Shown here piece by piece: positions 10,875-20,072 of a stretch of 64,000 nucleotides of DNA. Made by a program: the position numbers and the translations under genes. The first letter of the stretch is position 1. Each line of letters opens with the position of its first letter. The notes beneath the pieces were generated by a model. The model searched no databases. It worked only from the letters and a program-made list of their open reading frames with translations, and had not been told where the DNA came from. This DNA comes from Pseudohongiellaceae bacterium (lineage in GTDB: Bacteria > Pseudomonadota > Gammaproteobacteria > Pseudomonadales > Pseudohongiellaceae): contig CBFICB010000004.1 in NCBI GenBank assembly GCA_965661005.1, positions 62,879-126,878 on the forward strand. The letters are read 5' to 3'.

Positions 10875-13712
10875 TCAATTCGTTTGCATAGAGGCTTTAG
10901 TTTGTTTTGCCTGATAATCCAGATAATGTTGCTGCCATTCTGAAATGTGATCGGTTAGTTCACATTGAACAGCAGTGACCTTATATTCGGGGCAACTTGT
11001 TGCCCAATCGCTATATTCCGTTGTGACAATATTGGCGCCAGAAAAAGGCATATGAAAAGTTGTATAAACCACGCCGGGTTGCATGCGTTGTGATATCAAT
11101 GCATGTAAGGAGGTTTCACCTTTTCGACTTTTCAACATAATCAGATCCCCATTTTTAATGCCGCGCTCAGCGGCATCATAGGGATGAATTTCCAGAATAT
11201 CTTCAGGGTGCCAGACATTATTGTCGGTGCGGCGTGTTTGTGCGCCGACATTATATTGGCTGAGTATCCTGCCGGTGGTTAATAGCAATGGAAATTTTGG
11301 GCTAACCTTCTCTTCGGTGGGTATGAACTCTGTAATTTCAAATGCTCCCAAACCACGTACAAACTTATCAATATGCATAATGGGAGTGCCGTTCGGCGCC
11401 TCATCATTACAGGGCCATTGTACACTGCCATCCCGGTCGAGCTTGTCAAAACTGACACCTGCAAAAGTCGGTGTCAGGCGTGCAATTTCATCCATGATCT
11501 CTGATGAATCATTGTAGTGCATGGGGTAACCCATGGCCTGAGCGATTTCCATGGTAATTTGCCATTCATGTTTTCCTGTGCGTGGCTTGATCGCTGGTCT
11601 GACCCGGCCTAGACGGCGTTCGGCATTAGTGAAGGTGCCATTTTTTTCCAGAAAAGAGGTCCCCGGCAGAAAAACATGTGCGTATTTTGAGGTTTCATTT
11701 AGAAATAAATCCTGTACCAGAAGGCAGTCAAGATTGCGTAAGGCAGCTTCGACATGATGAATATCAGGGTCAGATTGCGCGACGTCTTCACCTTGTATGT
11801 ACATGCCTTTGAAAGAACCTCCAACGGCTTCATTAAACATGTTAGGAATTCGGTAACCGGGTTCATTATCCAGTCTAATACCCCAGTCTTTTTCGAAGCT
11901 TTGCCGAGTCGGGTCATCACTGACCGGTCGGTAACCCGGTAATTCATGAGGGAATGAGCCCATATCACAGGAGCCTTGCACATTATTTTGCCCCCTCAAG
12001 GGATTAACCCCACAGCCATTAAAGCCCAGATTGCCGGTGAGCATAGCCAGATTAGCCATGCCCATTACCATGGTGGAACCTTGTGAATGCTCGGTAACAC
12101 CCAAGCCATAATAAATAGCAGCTCGTTCAGCACTGGCATAAAGTCGGGCTGATTTGCGAAGAATTTCAGCCTCTACACCTAGTACTTTTGAGACAAATTC
12201 AGGGGCGTTCTGTTTCTGTTTAATAAAATCCAGCCATTGTTCAAATAAAGCTTTGTCACAGCGTTGATTAACATAATTCCAATCAACCAGGTTTTCCTCA
12301 ACAATGGTGTAAGCGAAGGCATTGATTAGTGCTACATTCGTGCCGGGCAAAATAGCCAAGTGAGCAGCAGCTTTAATATGCGGACTTTCAACCAAGTCTA
12401 TACGACGAGGGTCTACAACGATAATTTGCGCACCTTCACGCAACCTTTTTTTAATTCTGGAGGCAAATACAGGGTGCGCATCAGTTGGATTCGCCCCAAT
12501 AAGTAAAATGACGTCAGTACTTTCAACGCTGATAAAATCTTGAGTGCCTGCGGAAGTGCCAAGTGTCTTATTTAAACCAAAGCCGGTAGGGGAATGACAA
12601 ACACGGGCGCAGGTATCAATATTATTATTTTCGAACGCAGCTCGGATCAGTTTTTGTACAACATACACTTCTTCATTGGTTGCGCGTGATGAGGAAATTC
12701 CTCCGATAGACTTGCGTCCATATTCTTGTTGAAGTTCTTTAAATCTTTTGGCAGCAAATTGAATGGCTTCTTCCCAGCTCACTTCCTGCCAGGGGTCCTC
12801 AATGGATGCCCTGAGCATTGGCTTCAATATACGTTCTTTATGACTGGCATAACCCCATGCAAAACGCCCCTTAACGCAAGCATGGCCCTCGTTCGCTTTG
12901 CCGGTTTTAGCCGGTACCATTCTGACAACTTGATCTCCTTTCATTTCAGCATTAAAGGTGCAACCGACTCCGCAATAAGCACAGGTAGTTTCAATGCTAT
13001 GTTCGGGTACACCATGATCAATGACGGATTTTTCCATTAATGTTGCAGTGGGACAGGCTTGCACACAGGCGCCGCAAGAAACACACTCTGAGTTTAGAAA
13101 ATTATTTTCAATACCGGCACTAACATGAGATTCGAAACCGCGTTTACTGATAGTGAGCGCAAAAGTTCCCTGCACTTCATCACAGGCTCTAACGCAACGT
13201 GAACAAACAATGCACTTGCTGGGATCGAATGAAAAGTAGGGGTTAGAGTTATCCAATTCAGCGCTAAGGTGATTTTTGCCTTCATAGCCATAACGCACAT
13301 TCCTTAAGCCAACAGTGCCAGCCATATCCTGTAATTCGCAATCACCATTAGCGCTACAGGTTAAGCAATCCAGTGGGTGATCGGATATATACAGTTCCAT
13401 CACTCCTTTTCGTAATTTTGCCAGTTTCTGGCTTTGCGTATGTACTACCATTCCAGCCTCGACAGGTGTTGTGCATGAGGCCGGGGTGCCACGTCGCCCT
13501 TCAACTTCTACAAGACATAAACGACAGGAACCAAAGGCCTCGAGGCTATCAGTTGCACAAAGTTTGGGTATGCTCGTGCCTAGCTGTTTGGCTGCACGCA
13601 TGATGCTGGTATCTTTAGGCACTACGACCTGATGGCCATCAATTTCCAGGCTGACTAAATCCTGATTTAGGGATTCAGGAGTTCCATAATCGATGTCACT
13701 TTTTAGACTCAT
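10875..13712 (-). CDS. fdsA: NAD-dependent formate dehydrogenase, molybdopterin-containing alpha subunit (FdsA type, Cys ligand)
   Basis: 945 aa. NuoG-like N-terminus with 2Fe-2S and 4Fe-4S Cys clusters (CRLCLVEV, CIVCSRCVRAC, CVSCGACVQACP), a bis-MGD domain with DTCARVCHSPT, and no in-frame TGA. Confidence 0.9.
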   Translation of the reverse strand: MSLKSDIDYGTPESLNQDLVSLEIDGHQVVVPKDTSIMRAAKQLGTSIPKLCATDSLEAFGSCRLCLVEVEGRRGTPASCTTPVEAGMVVHTQSQKLAKLRKGVMELYISDHPLDCLTCSANGDCELQDMAGTVGLRNVRYGYEGKNHLSAELDNSNPYFSFDPSKCIVCSRCVRACDEVQGTFALTISKRGFESHVSAGIENNFLNSECVSCGACVQACPTATLMEKSVIDHGVPEHSIETTCAYCGVGCTFNAEMKGDQVVRMVPAKTGKANEGHACVKGRFAWGYASHKERILKPMLRASIEDPWQEVSWEEAIQFAAKRFKELQQEYGRKSIGGISSSRATNEEVYVVQKLIRAAFENNNIDTCARVCHSPTGFGLNKTLGTSAGTQDFISVESTDVILLIGANPTDAHPVFASRIKKRLREGAQIIVVDPRRIDLVESPHIKAAAHLAILPGTNVALINAFAYTIVEENLVDWNYVNQRCDKALFEQWLDFIKQKQNAPEFVSKVLGVEAEILRKSARLYASAERAAIYYGLGVTEHSQGSTMVMGMANLAMLTGNLGFNGCGVNPLRGQNNVQGSCDMGSFPHELPGYRPVSDDPTRQSFEKDWGIRLDNEPGYRIPNMFNEAVGGSFKGMYIQGEDVAQSDPDIHHVEAALRNLDCLLVQDLFLNETSKYAHVFLPGTSFLEKNGTFTNAERRLGRVRPAIKPRTGKHEWQITMEIAQAMGYPMHYNDSSEIMDEIARLTPTFAGVSFDKLDRDGSVQWPCNDEAPNGTPIMHIDKFVRGLGAFEITEFIPTEEKVSPKFPLLLTTGRILSQYNVGAQTRRTDNNVWHPEDILEIHPYDAAERGIKNGDLIMLKSRKGETSLHALISQRMQPGVVYTTFHMPFSGANIVTTEYSDWATSCPEYKVTAVQCELTDHISEWQQHYLDYQAKQTKASMQTN

Positions 13713-15279
13713 TAGGCCGCCTCATTTTTTCAGTTTCATCAGTTTGCTGAATGAATAATTGATGCAGTTTGACGGCGCTACGCACCGGCATTGGTGTTAA
13801 TCCACCCATTGCGCAAAGTGAAGCATCTTCGAGTGTTTCACAAAGATCTTCAAGCAATTCATAGTGCTCAGTACTTTCCGCCTGATTTTGGCTAGTGCGA
13901 ATTCGATCAATTACCTCTATGCCCCGAACTGAGCCTATTCTGCAGGGAGTGCATTTTCCACAGGATTCAATAGAACAGAATTCCATGGCAAATCGAGCCT
14001 GCTGCAGATAATCAACACTATTATCAAACACCACAACACCCCCATGCCCGAGCATGCCGCCGGCTGTAACAAAGCTTTCATAGTCCAGACTCGTATCAAG
14101 CTGGTCACCTGAAAAATAGGCGCCTAAAGGTCCTCCGACCTGAGCCGCAGTAAGTGGATTGCCTGTATTAGTGCCGCCACCAAAATCGTTTATCAGTTGT
14201 CGAAGCGTCATACCAAAGGGAATTTCTACCAAACCGCCATGTTTAATATTGCCACTGAGCTGAAAAGGCATAGTGCCTAATGATTTATTCTGACCAAAAT
14301 TGGCATAATATTCAGCTCCTTTGGAAAGAATGATGGGGACAGAAGCTAAAGTGATGACATTGTTGACTACTGTTGGCTTTCCAAAAAGCCCCTTAATAGC
14401 CGGCAGTGGTGGTTTAAATCTGATTTGTCCGCGCTTGCCTTCAAGGCTTTCCAGTAGCGAAGTTTCTTCACCGCAAATATAGGCTCCAGCGCCAATGTGT
14501 ATGCGTATATCAAAATTATAATTACTGCCTTTAATTTTATTACCGAGATAACCGGCTTCTCTGGCCTTTAATATGGCTTCTTCAAGGATGACTTTTGTTA
14601 ATGGATATTCAGAACGCAAATAAATAACACCAAGCTCTGCTTCCACGGCAATTCCTGAGATTACCATGCCTTCTATCAGGCAATAGGGATCACCCTCCAT
14701 CAGTAAGCGATCAGAAAAAGTACCGCTATCACCTTCGTCGGCATTGCATACAATGTATTTGCAGTTATCGTCAGCATTAGCCACTGTCTGCCATTTTATG
14801 CCAGCAGGAAAAGCTGCGCCGCCACGCCCCCTTAGGCCTGAATTCAAAAGAGTTTTTATAATATCGCCAGGTTTGGTTTTAAGCGCTTTCGTTAATCCAT
14901 CAAAGCCCCCGTGTTGAATATAGCCGTCCAGGGAAAGTGACTCTATATGGCCACAACGTGAAAAGGTTAAGCGTTTTTGTTGCTTGAACCAGGGAATGCC
15001 AGAGATTTCTCCAAGCTTGAGTTCGTGCTCTCCGGCATTTAAAAAATCTGCATCAAACAAACTTGTAATCAAGGATAGAGAGACTGGACCATAGGCTATG
15101 CGCTTACCCTTGTATTCAACTTCTAGCAGAGGCTCTAGCCACGATGCGCCGCGTGAACCATTTCTAAGGATTTGTAATGAAATTTTACGTTGAGAGGCTT
15201 CTCTCTCAATTGCGCTTATTATTTCTTCAACACCTAAGGAAAGAGCAGTGGTTTCTCTAGGCAGATAAATTTTAGTCAT
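13696..15279 (-). CDS. fdsB: formate dehydrogenase beta subunit (NuoF-like FMN/NAD/4Fe-4S subunit)
   Basis: 527 aa. GLRGRGGAAFPAG FMN/NAD motif and ESCGKCTPCR 4Fe-4S motif. It overlaps fdsA by 17 nt and fdsG by 8 nt. Confidence 0.88.
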   Translation of the reverse strand: MTKIYLPRETTALSLGVEEIISAIEREASQRKISLQILRNGSRGASWLEPLLEVEYKGKRIAYGPVSLSLITSLFDADFLNAGEHELKLGEISGIPWFKQQKRLTFSRCGHIESLSLDGYIQHGGFDGLTKALKTKPGDIIKTLLNSGLRGRGGAAFPAGIKWQTVANADDNCKYIVCNADEGDSGTFSDRLLMEGDPYCLIEGMVISGIAVEAELGVIYLRSEYPLTKVILEEAILKAREAGYLGNKIKGSNYNFDIRIHIGAGAYICGEETSLLESLEGKRGQIRFKPPLPAIKGLFGKPTVVNNVITLASVPIILSKGAEYYANFGQNKSLGTMPFQLSGNIKHGGLVEIPFGMTLRQLINDFGGGTNTGNPLTAAQVGGPLGAYFSGDQLDTSLDYESFVTAGGMLGHGGVVVFDNSVDYLQQARFAMEFCSIESCGKCTPCRIGSVRGIEVIDRIRTSQNQAESTEHYELLEDLCETLEDASLCAMGGLTPMPVRSAVKLHQLFIQQTDETEKMRRPNESKK

Positions 15280-15784
15280 TCTTAGCTTCCTTAAGATTCT
15301 GCAGAAGCAGTTTTAATTTTTCGCTGTTAAGGCGGCTAATGATGTTGGAATTAATCATGAGATTAGGCGAGCAAGAACAGTTCCCCAGGCAATAAACAGG
15401 CTCTAGAGTAATATCAGCAATTTCATTAGTTTGATGAAAATCAATCTCCAGTGCTGCTTTAAGCTCAGCAGTTAATTTTCTTGACCCCATAGCCTGACAG
15501 GATTCCGCCTGGCAAATTTTTAATACATATGAAGCTGGCTTGCTGTCTCTAAAGTCACGATAAAAACTGATAACGCCGTGGACTTCTGTTTTAGATAAAT
15601 TGAAAAATTTTGCTAATAGAGGGATTAGCTCTTTGTCTATATAACCAAAGCTAGCTTGAAAAAAATGAAGAACATCTATCAGGTTGTCATCTTCGATATC
15701 AAAGTTTTTTAAGTAAGCCTGAGCCAGTTCCAAGTTCCAGTCTTCATAGCTGTTTTTAGGGATGTTATTAGCAAAATCTGACAC
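15272..15784 (-). CDS. fdsG: formate dehydrogenase gamma subunit (NuoE-like 2Fe-2S subunit)
   Basis: 170 aa, GTG start. The CQAESCQAMG...CLGNCSCSP cysteine pattern is typical of NuoE/FdsG. Confidence 0.8.
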   Translation of the reverse strand: MSDFANNIPKNSYEDWNLELAQAYLKNFDIEDDNLIDVLHFFQASFGYIDKELIPLLAKFFNLSKTEVHGVISFYRDFRDSKPASYVLKICQAESCQAMGSRKLTAELKAALEIDFHQTNEIADITLEPVYCLGNCSCSPNLMINSNIISRLNSEKLKLLLQNLKEAKND

Positions 15785-15799
15785 GTAAAGCCCTTGTAT

Positions 15800-15817
15800 A
15801 TCGATAATGTTATCGAT
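15800..15817. promoter_or_regulatory. perfect inverted repeat ATCGATAA-TG-TTATCGAT immediately upstream of fdsG (candidate operator)
   Basis: 8-bp arms with a 2-bp spacer, read directly. It lies 16 nt upstream of the fdsG GTG, just upstream of the putative SD. Confidence 0.3.
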
Positions 15818-16081
15818 TCTATAAGCAAAAATAATGAGTCCAATAATCCTACCATATGCCTAGGTGACTGGCACGAATCTATTGAAATAGCGCTTATGAC
15901 TGAGTTTTTCCATTGAACCTGGTTTTAGCTTAAATAGTTAGATGTAGTTCGCACTTTTGATGCATTAAGTAATAGAAGTAATGTTAATGTGATGTCATTA
16001 ACAGATTAGTTTTCCCTATTTTCATTAGACTCAGTCCTCAGCTAACAAATAGCTGTATAGGAAATGCTGTTGAGGTGAATT

Positions 16082-16396
16082 ATGAAGATGCTTGGATATG
16101 GTTTAATAATATTTATGACATTAGGAATTACCCTGAGTCGAGCATTACTTGAACGGGTTGGTATGGAAACCAACTATTTATTTATTGCGCTTGGGGATTT
16201 CGTGGTTAGCGGCTTATTGGTTTATCGAGGCCTATTACTGATTATGATCGCGATAGGGATGAGCATTGCAGTGAATATGCCTGAAGGTTTCTTATTACAG
16301 TATTCCGTTGACAGAGATATTCTACTGGTCATTCTTCTTATGATGGTGATATTTCCGATTGGTCTTAGGGGAGCCAATAAGGTTCAGTTTAATTAG
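16082..16396 (+). CDS. hypothetical small membrane protein (104 aa, about 3 TM helices)
   Basis: GAGGTG SD lies 5 nt before the ATG. The sequence is strongly hydrophobic. It sits on the opposite strand between fdhD and fdsG. Confidence 0.5.
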   Translation: MKMLGYGLIIFMTLGITLSRALLERVGMETNYLFIALGDFVVSGLLVYRGLLLIMIAIGMSIAVNMPEGFLLQYSVDRDILLVILLMMVIFPIGLRGANKVQFN

Positions 16397-16428
16397 AATC
16401 TTATAATTAAGTGTCAAAATCAGACAAT

Positions 16429-17244
16429 TCAAACGATGATACGATCATCGTCATGGTAAATGTTGAAGTTGGTTTCACTTAAAAAGCCTACCAAGGAAAT
16501 ATTAAATTCCTGTGCCAGTTCAACAGCTAATGATGAGGGTGCTCCTACAGAAACCACCATTGGACACCTGGCCATAAGCGCTTTTTGCAGCAACTCAAAA
16601 CTTGCACGTCCACTAAGTATTAAGCCGTTATTCCGCAAAGGTAAAGATTTTGCCATCATTAGCTCGCCAATTATTTTATCCATAGCGTTATGGCGGCCAA
16701 TATCTTCTGCCAGTTTGATGACTACACCCAGATTGTCAAAAATTCCGCAAGCATGGGTTCCTCCGGTACTGTGAAATAGATCTTGCTTAATTCGTAAGTT
16801 TTTACCAAGAGTGGCGAGTTCTTCACTACGGATTTGGAATTGATCCTGCCCAAGGGGTTCGGCGCCATTATTACTAAGTGCCTCCAGCGATGCTTTTCCA
16901 CATATTCCGCAACTAGACGTTGTGTAGAAATGTCGATCAAGTTTTTTAATATCGAAACTGGCATCGTCGGATAATTCGAGTCTGATTAAATTTTCCTTAG
17001 TGGTATCAACATCAATGACCTGTTTCTCAGATTGAATAATATTTTCGCTAAACAAAAAACCCATTGTGAGCTCAATGTCCAGTCCTGGTGTTCGCATGGT
17101 TATGGCAATACTTTTGTGCACGCGTCCTTTTTTGGGGTCAATATAACCCAGACGTATTTCCAACGGTTCCTCATCAGCAACGACATCGTCTTGCTCTTTG
17201 CTTGTGGCATTCAATGGATTTACTTTTGTTGTTTGGACGAACAT
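16429..17244 (-). CDS. fdhD: formate dehydrogenase accessory sulfurtransferase FdhD
   Basis: 271 aa with the TTSSCGICGKASLE active-site loop and the GGTHACG motif. Confidence 0.9.
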   Translation of the reverse strand: MFVQTTKVNPLNATSKEQDDVVADEEPLEIRLGYIDPKKGRVHKSIAITMRTPGLDIELTMGFLFSENIIQSEKQVIDVDTTKENLIRLELSDDASFDIKKLDRHFYTTSSCGICGKASLEALSNNGAEPLGQDQFQIRSEELATLGKNLRIKQDLFHSTGGTHACGIFDNLGVVIKLAEDIGRHNAMDKIIGELMMAKSLPLRNNGLILSGRASFELLQKALMARCPMVVSVGAPSSLAVELAQEFNISLVGFLSETNFNIYHDDDRIIV

Positions 17245-17250
17245 GCCGGT

Positions 17251-17817
17251 TTAAAAATGCCTGGTAGTGATGTCTTTTGTGTTTGGGTCAACAAGTATTT
17301 CAGCGCAATGCATTGGGAATATATTCTGATTTCTGTCATGAAAATAGTGTTTTAAGGTTTCCATAACAGGGGTAAAGGCTAATTGATCCCAGGGTATATC
17401 ATTCTCAGTATAAAGTTTAACGTCTAAACTTTCTGCGCCTGATGAAAAATTTAAGTCGAGTAGATTGGCGCGAAAAAATAAATGAACCTGATTAATGTGG
17501 GGCAGGTTGAATAAGCCATAGAGGTCCAGCAGCTCAATGTTAGCGCAAGCTTCTTCCCAGGTTTCTCTTATTGCGCCTTCATGGGTTGATTCGCCATTTT
17601 CCATAAAGCCCCCAGGTAAGGTCCAAAGGCCATAACGAGGTTCAATAGCACGTTTGCATAAGAGTACTTTGTCTTCATATACAGGAATGGTACCAACAAT
17701 AATTCTGGGATTCTGATAATGAATATGACCACAGTCATCACAGACATACCGTTCCCGGTCGTCATCTTTTGGAATGACTAGACTTAATTTGTTACCGCAC
17801 TGGTTGCAGTGATTCAT
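17251..17817 (-). CDS. NUDIX hydrolase with N-terminal zinc ribbon
   Basis: CNQCG...CDDCG zinc ribbon, then the Nudix box GGFMENGESTHEGAIRETWEEA. Confidence 0.85.
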   Translation of the reverse strand: MNHCNQCGNKLSLVIPKDDDRERYVCDDCGHIHYQNPRIIVGTIPVYEDKVLLCKRAIEPRYGLWTLPGGFMENGESTHEGAIRETWEEACANIELLDLYGLFNLPHINQVHLFFRANLLDLNFSSGAESLDVKLYTENDIPWDQLAFTPVMETLKHYFHDRNQNIFPMHCAEILVDPNTKDITTRHF

Positions 17818-17855
17818 ATTGCTTTTTTATTCTACACTCGACATAAAGTAGTTAT

Positions 17856-19142
17856 TTAAAATAGCCGCGCCTGCTCGGCTTCATCAGGGTTGTAGTACCA
17901 CATTCTTACATTTTTTATCATGTTATCTTTAACCTGAATGACTTCTGCACGGTAAAAAGGCAGCTCTATTCCTACATTGTTTTCTGGAATATTTTCAAGA
18001 AATTCGGTCAAAAGGCCATTCAGTGTTTTAGCACCTATGGTTGGCAAATCCCAATCTAGCGCACGATTTATTTCACGAATATTGGCGCTGCCCTCAATTA
18101 AGTAAGAGCCATCTTTTTGCGGGTGAATTTCATCGGTTTCATCAGCCATGCTGGTAGTAAAATTGCCGACTATTTCTTCCAGAATATCTTCAAGGGTGAC
18201 AATGCCCTGCACATCACCATATTCATCGACAACCATCGCAATGCGGCGTTTCTTTTTCTGGAAATTTATGAGCTGGGAATGTAATGAAGTGGATTCATGA
18301 GCAAAATAACTTTCACGAGTAAGTTGCAAAAGCTCAGCTTTATTGACTTCATCCAAGTGAATTAATTTTGCTGTATTGCGCATGTGTAGAAAACCAATCA
18401 CATTATTCAGGTTTTCCTTGTAGACAGGTAGTCGAGTGTGATGGCTATTCTCTATGGTTTGCATGATGGTATCTACACTATCGTCTATATTGATTCCGAC
18501 TACCTCGTTACGTGGGATCATAATGTCACTGACTGAAACTTTTTCCAGATCAAGAATGTTGACCAGCATGTTTTGGTGACGAACAGGTAAGTGGGTGCTT
18601 GATTCATAGACCACTGTCTTTAATTCTTCTGTAGTGAGATGGTCGCCATCCATGTCGTCAATATCGAAGCCCAGCAGACGAACCAGATAATTTGATAGGG
18701 TATTTACCAGCCAAACCAAAGGGTGAAAAATTCTTAATAAAAAAACTAATGGTAGGCTAAAGGGAAATGCAACTTTTTCCGGATGAACAGCAGCAATAGT
18801 TTTTGGTGTCACTTCAGAGAAGATTAAAATGACAATAGTAAGAATGATGGTGGCAATAAGAATGCCGGCGTCGCCAAATAACCTGACGGCAATAATGGTC
18901 GCAATCGCTGAGGCAAAAATATTAACAAAATTATTGCCGATCAGGATTATGCCGATCAGACGATCAGGTTGCTCGAGTAATTTATTGGCACGGATTGCAC
19001 CCTTGTGATTACGTTTAACCAGATGCCTCAGTCTATAGCGATTAAGCGCCATCATCGATGTTTCTGAGCTGGAGAAGTACCCTGAAATAATAATTAAAAT
19101 AAGCAGAATGCTGAAAAGGGTTTCTAAAGAAAGATTACTCAT
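17856..19142 (-). CDS. yfjD: HlyC/CorC family transporter (DUF21 TM domain + CBS pair + CorC_HlyC), YfjD-like
   Basis: 428 aa. N-terminal 4-TM DUF21 with SETSMMALNRYRL, a CBS pair and a C-terminal transporter-associated domain. The yfjD-ypjD-ffh neighbourhood matches E. coli. Confidence 0.85.
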   Translation of the reverse strand: MSNLSLETLFSILLILIIISGYFSSSETSMMALNRYRLRHLVKRNHKGAIRANKLLEQPDRLIGIILIGNNFVNIFASAIATIIAVRLFGDAGILIATIILTIVILIFSEVTPKTIAAVHPEKVAFPFSLPLVFLLRIFHPLVWLVNTLSNYLVRLLGFDIDDMDGDHLTTEELKTVVYESSTHLPVRHQNMLVNILDLEKVSVSDIMIPRNEVVGINIDDSVDTIMQTIENSHHTRLPVYKENLNNVIGFLHMRNTAKLIHLDEVNKAELLQLTRESYFAHESTSLHSQLINFQKKKRRIAMVVDEYGDVQGIVTLEDILEEIVGNFTTSMADETDEIHPQKDGSYLIEGSANIREINRALDWDLPTIGAKTLNGLLTEFLENIPENNVGIELPFYRAEVIQVKDNMIKNVRMWYYNPDEAEQARLF

Positions 19143-19173
19143 TGTGGTTATGAACTATTAATTCGACGGATAA

Positions 19174-19983
19174 TTAGGCGCGTTCTAAGATCAGTTCAAG
19201 TACAAACTTGCTGCCAAAATAGGCCAGCACAAGAAATATGAAACCTATTAGAGTCCAACGTATCGCTATAGCGCCTCGCCAACCGGCGAAGTGTCTTCCC
19301 CAAAGTAGGATTGCAAATACAATCCATGAGCTAATTGAGAGTACAGTTTTATGTGAAAGATGTTGACCAAGAAAGTCTTCAGTAAAAAGTATGCCGGTAA
19401 TAATGACGCCGCTCAATAAAAAAATTCCCACCCAGACAATTTCGAACAATAAACTTTCCATAGTTTGTAAGGCTGGCATGTGTCTGATTAAACGATAACC
19501 ATGCTTTTGTTTTAGTTGGTGATTTTCATAGGACATAAATACGGCCTGAACTGCACCAATGGTGATAATGCTGGTGGCTAAGATGGCTAATACGATATGC
19601 AAGGCCAAACCTCTACTGTAATCTGCATGCGGGGTATAGCTGCTTGGAATCAACAGAGAACATAAAATACTGATAACCGCTAAAGGAAAAATTATTAAAA
19701 ATAAATTCTCCAGCGGCTTTTTTAAACTGCTCAAAATCACCAGACAGGAAATAGAAAAGCTGAATAAAGTGGCTATTTTGAAGAATCCAAAATTATAGCC
19801 TAGAGGCGTACTGATCACTTCAACCATATTGATCAGATGAGCGAGTAAAGCTATGCCGCCACAAATTAAGACAAGTGTTCGGCCATTAGGTTTATTATCA
19901 CCCTGAAATATACGCTGAGCCTGAAACCATGTCCCTAGTAAATATAGTGCGACTGCGATGATTCCTGAAAGTGTTGCGAGCAT
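19174..19983 (-). CDS. ypjD: cytochrome c assembly family inner membrane protein (YpjD/CcsA-like)
   Basis: 269 aa polytopic membrane protein, divergent from ffh as in enterobacterial synteny. Confidence 0.75.
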   Translation of the reverse strand: MLATLSGIIAVALYLLGTWFQAQRIFQGDNKPNGRTLVLICGGIALLAHLINMVEVISTPLGYNFGFFKIATLFSFSISCLVILSSLKKPLENLFLIIFPLAVISILCSLLIPSSYTPHADYSRGLALHIVLAILATSIITIGAVQAVFMSYENHQLKQKHGYRLIRHMPALQTMESLLFEIVWVGIFLLSGVIITGILFTEDFLGQHLSHKTVLSISSWIVFAILLWGRHFAGWRGAIAIRWTLIGFIFLVLAYFGSKFVLELILERA

Positions 19984-20072
19984 TGCGAAAGTCTCTCATA
20001 AGTACGCACGCCATTGAAGCTTTTTTGTTGTAGAATTATCCACAATAACCAGCAAGCAAAAAGTGGTGAAAG

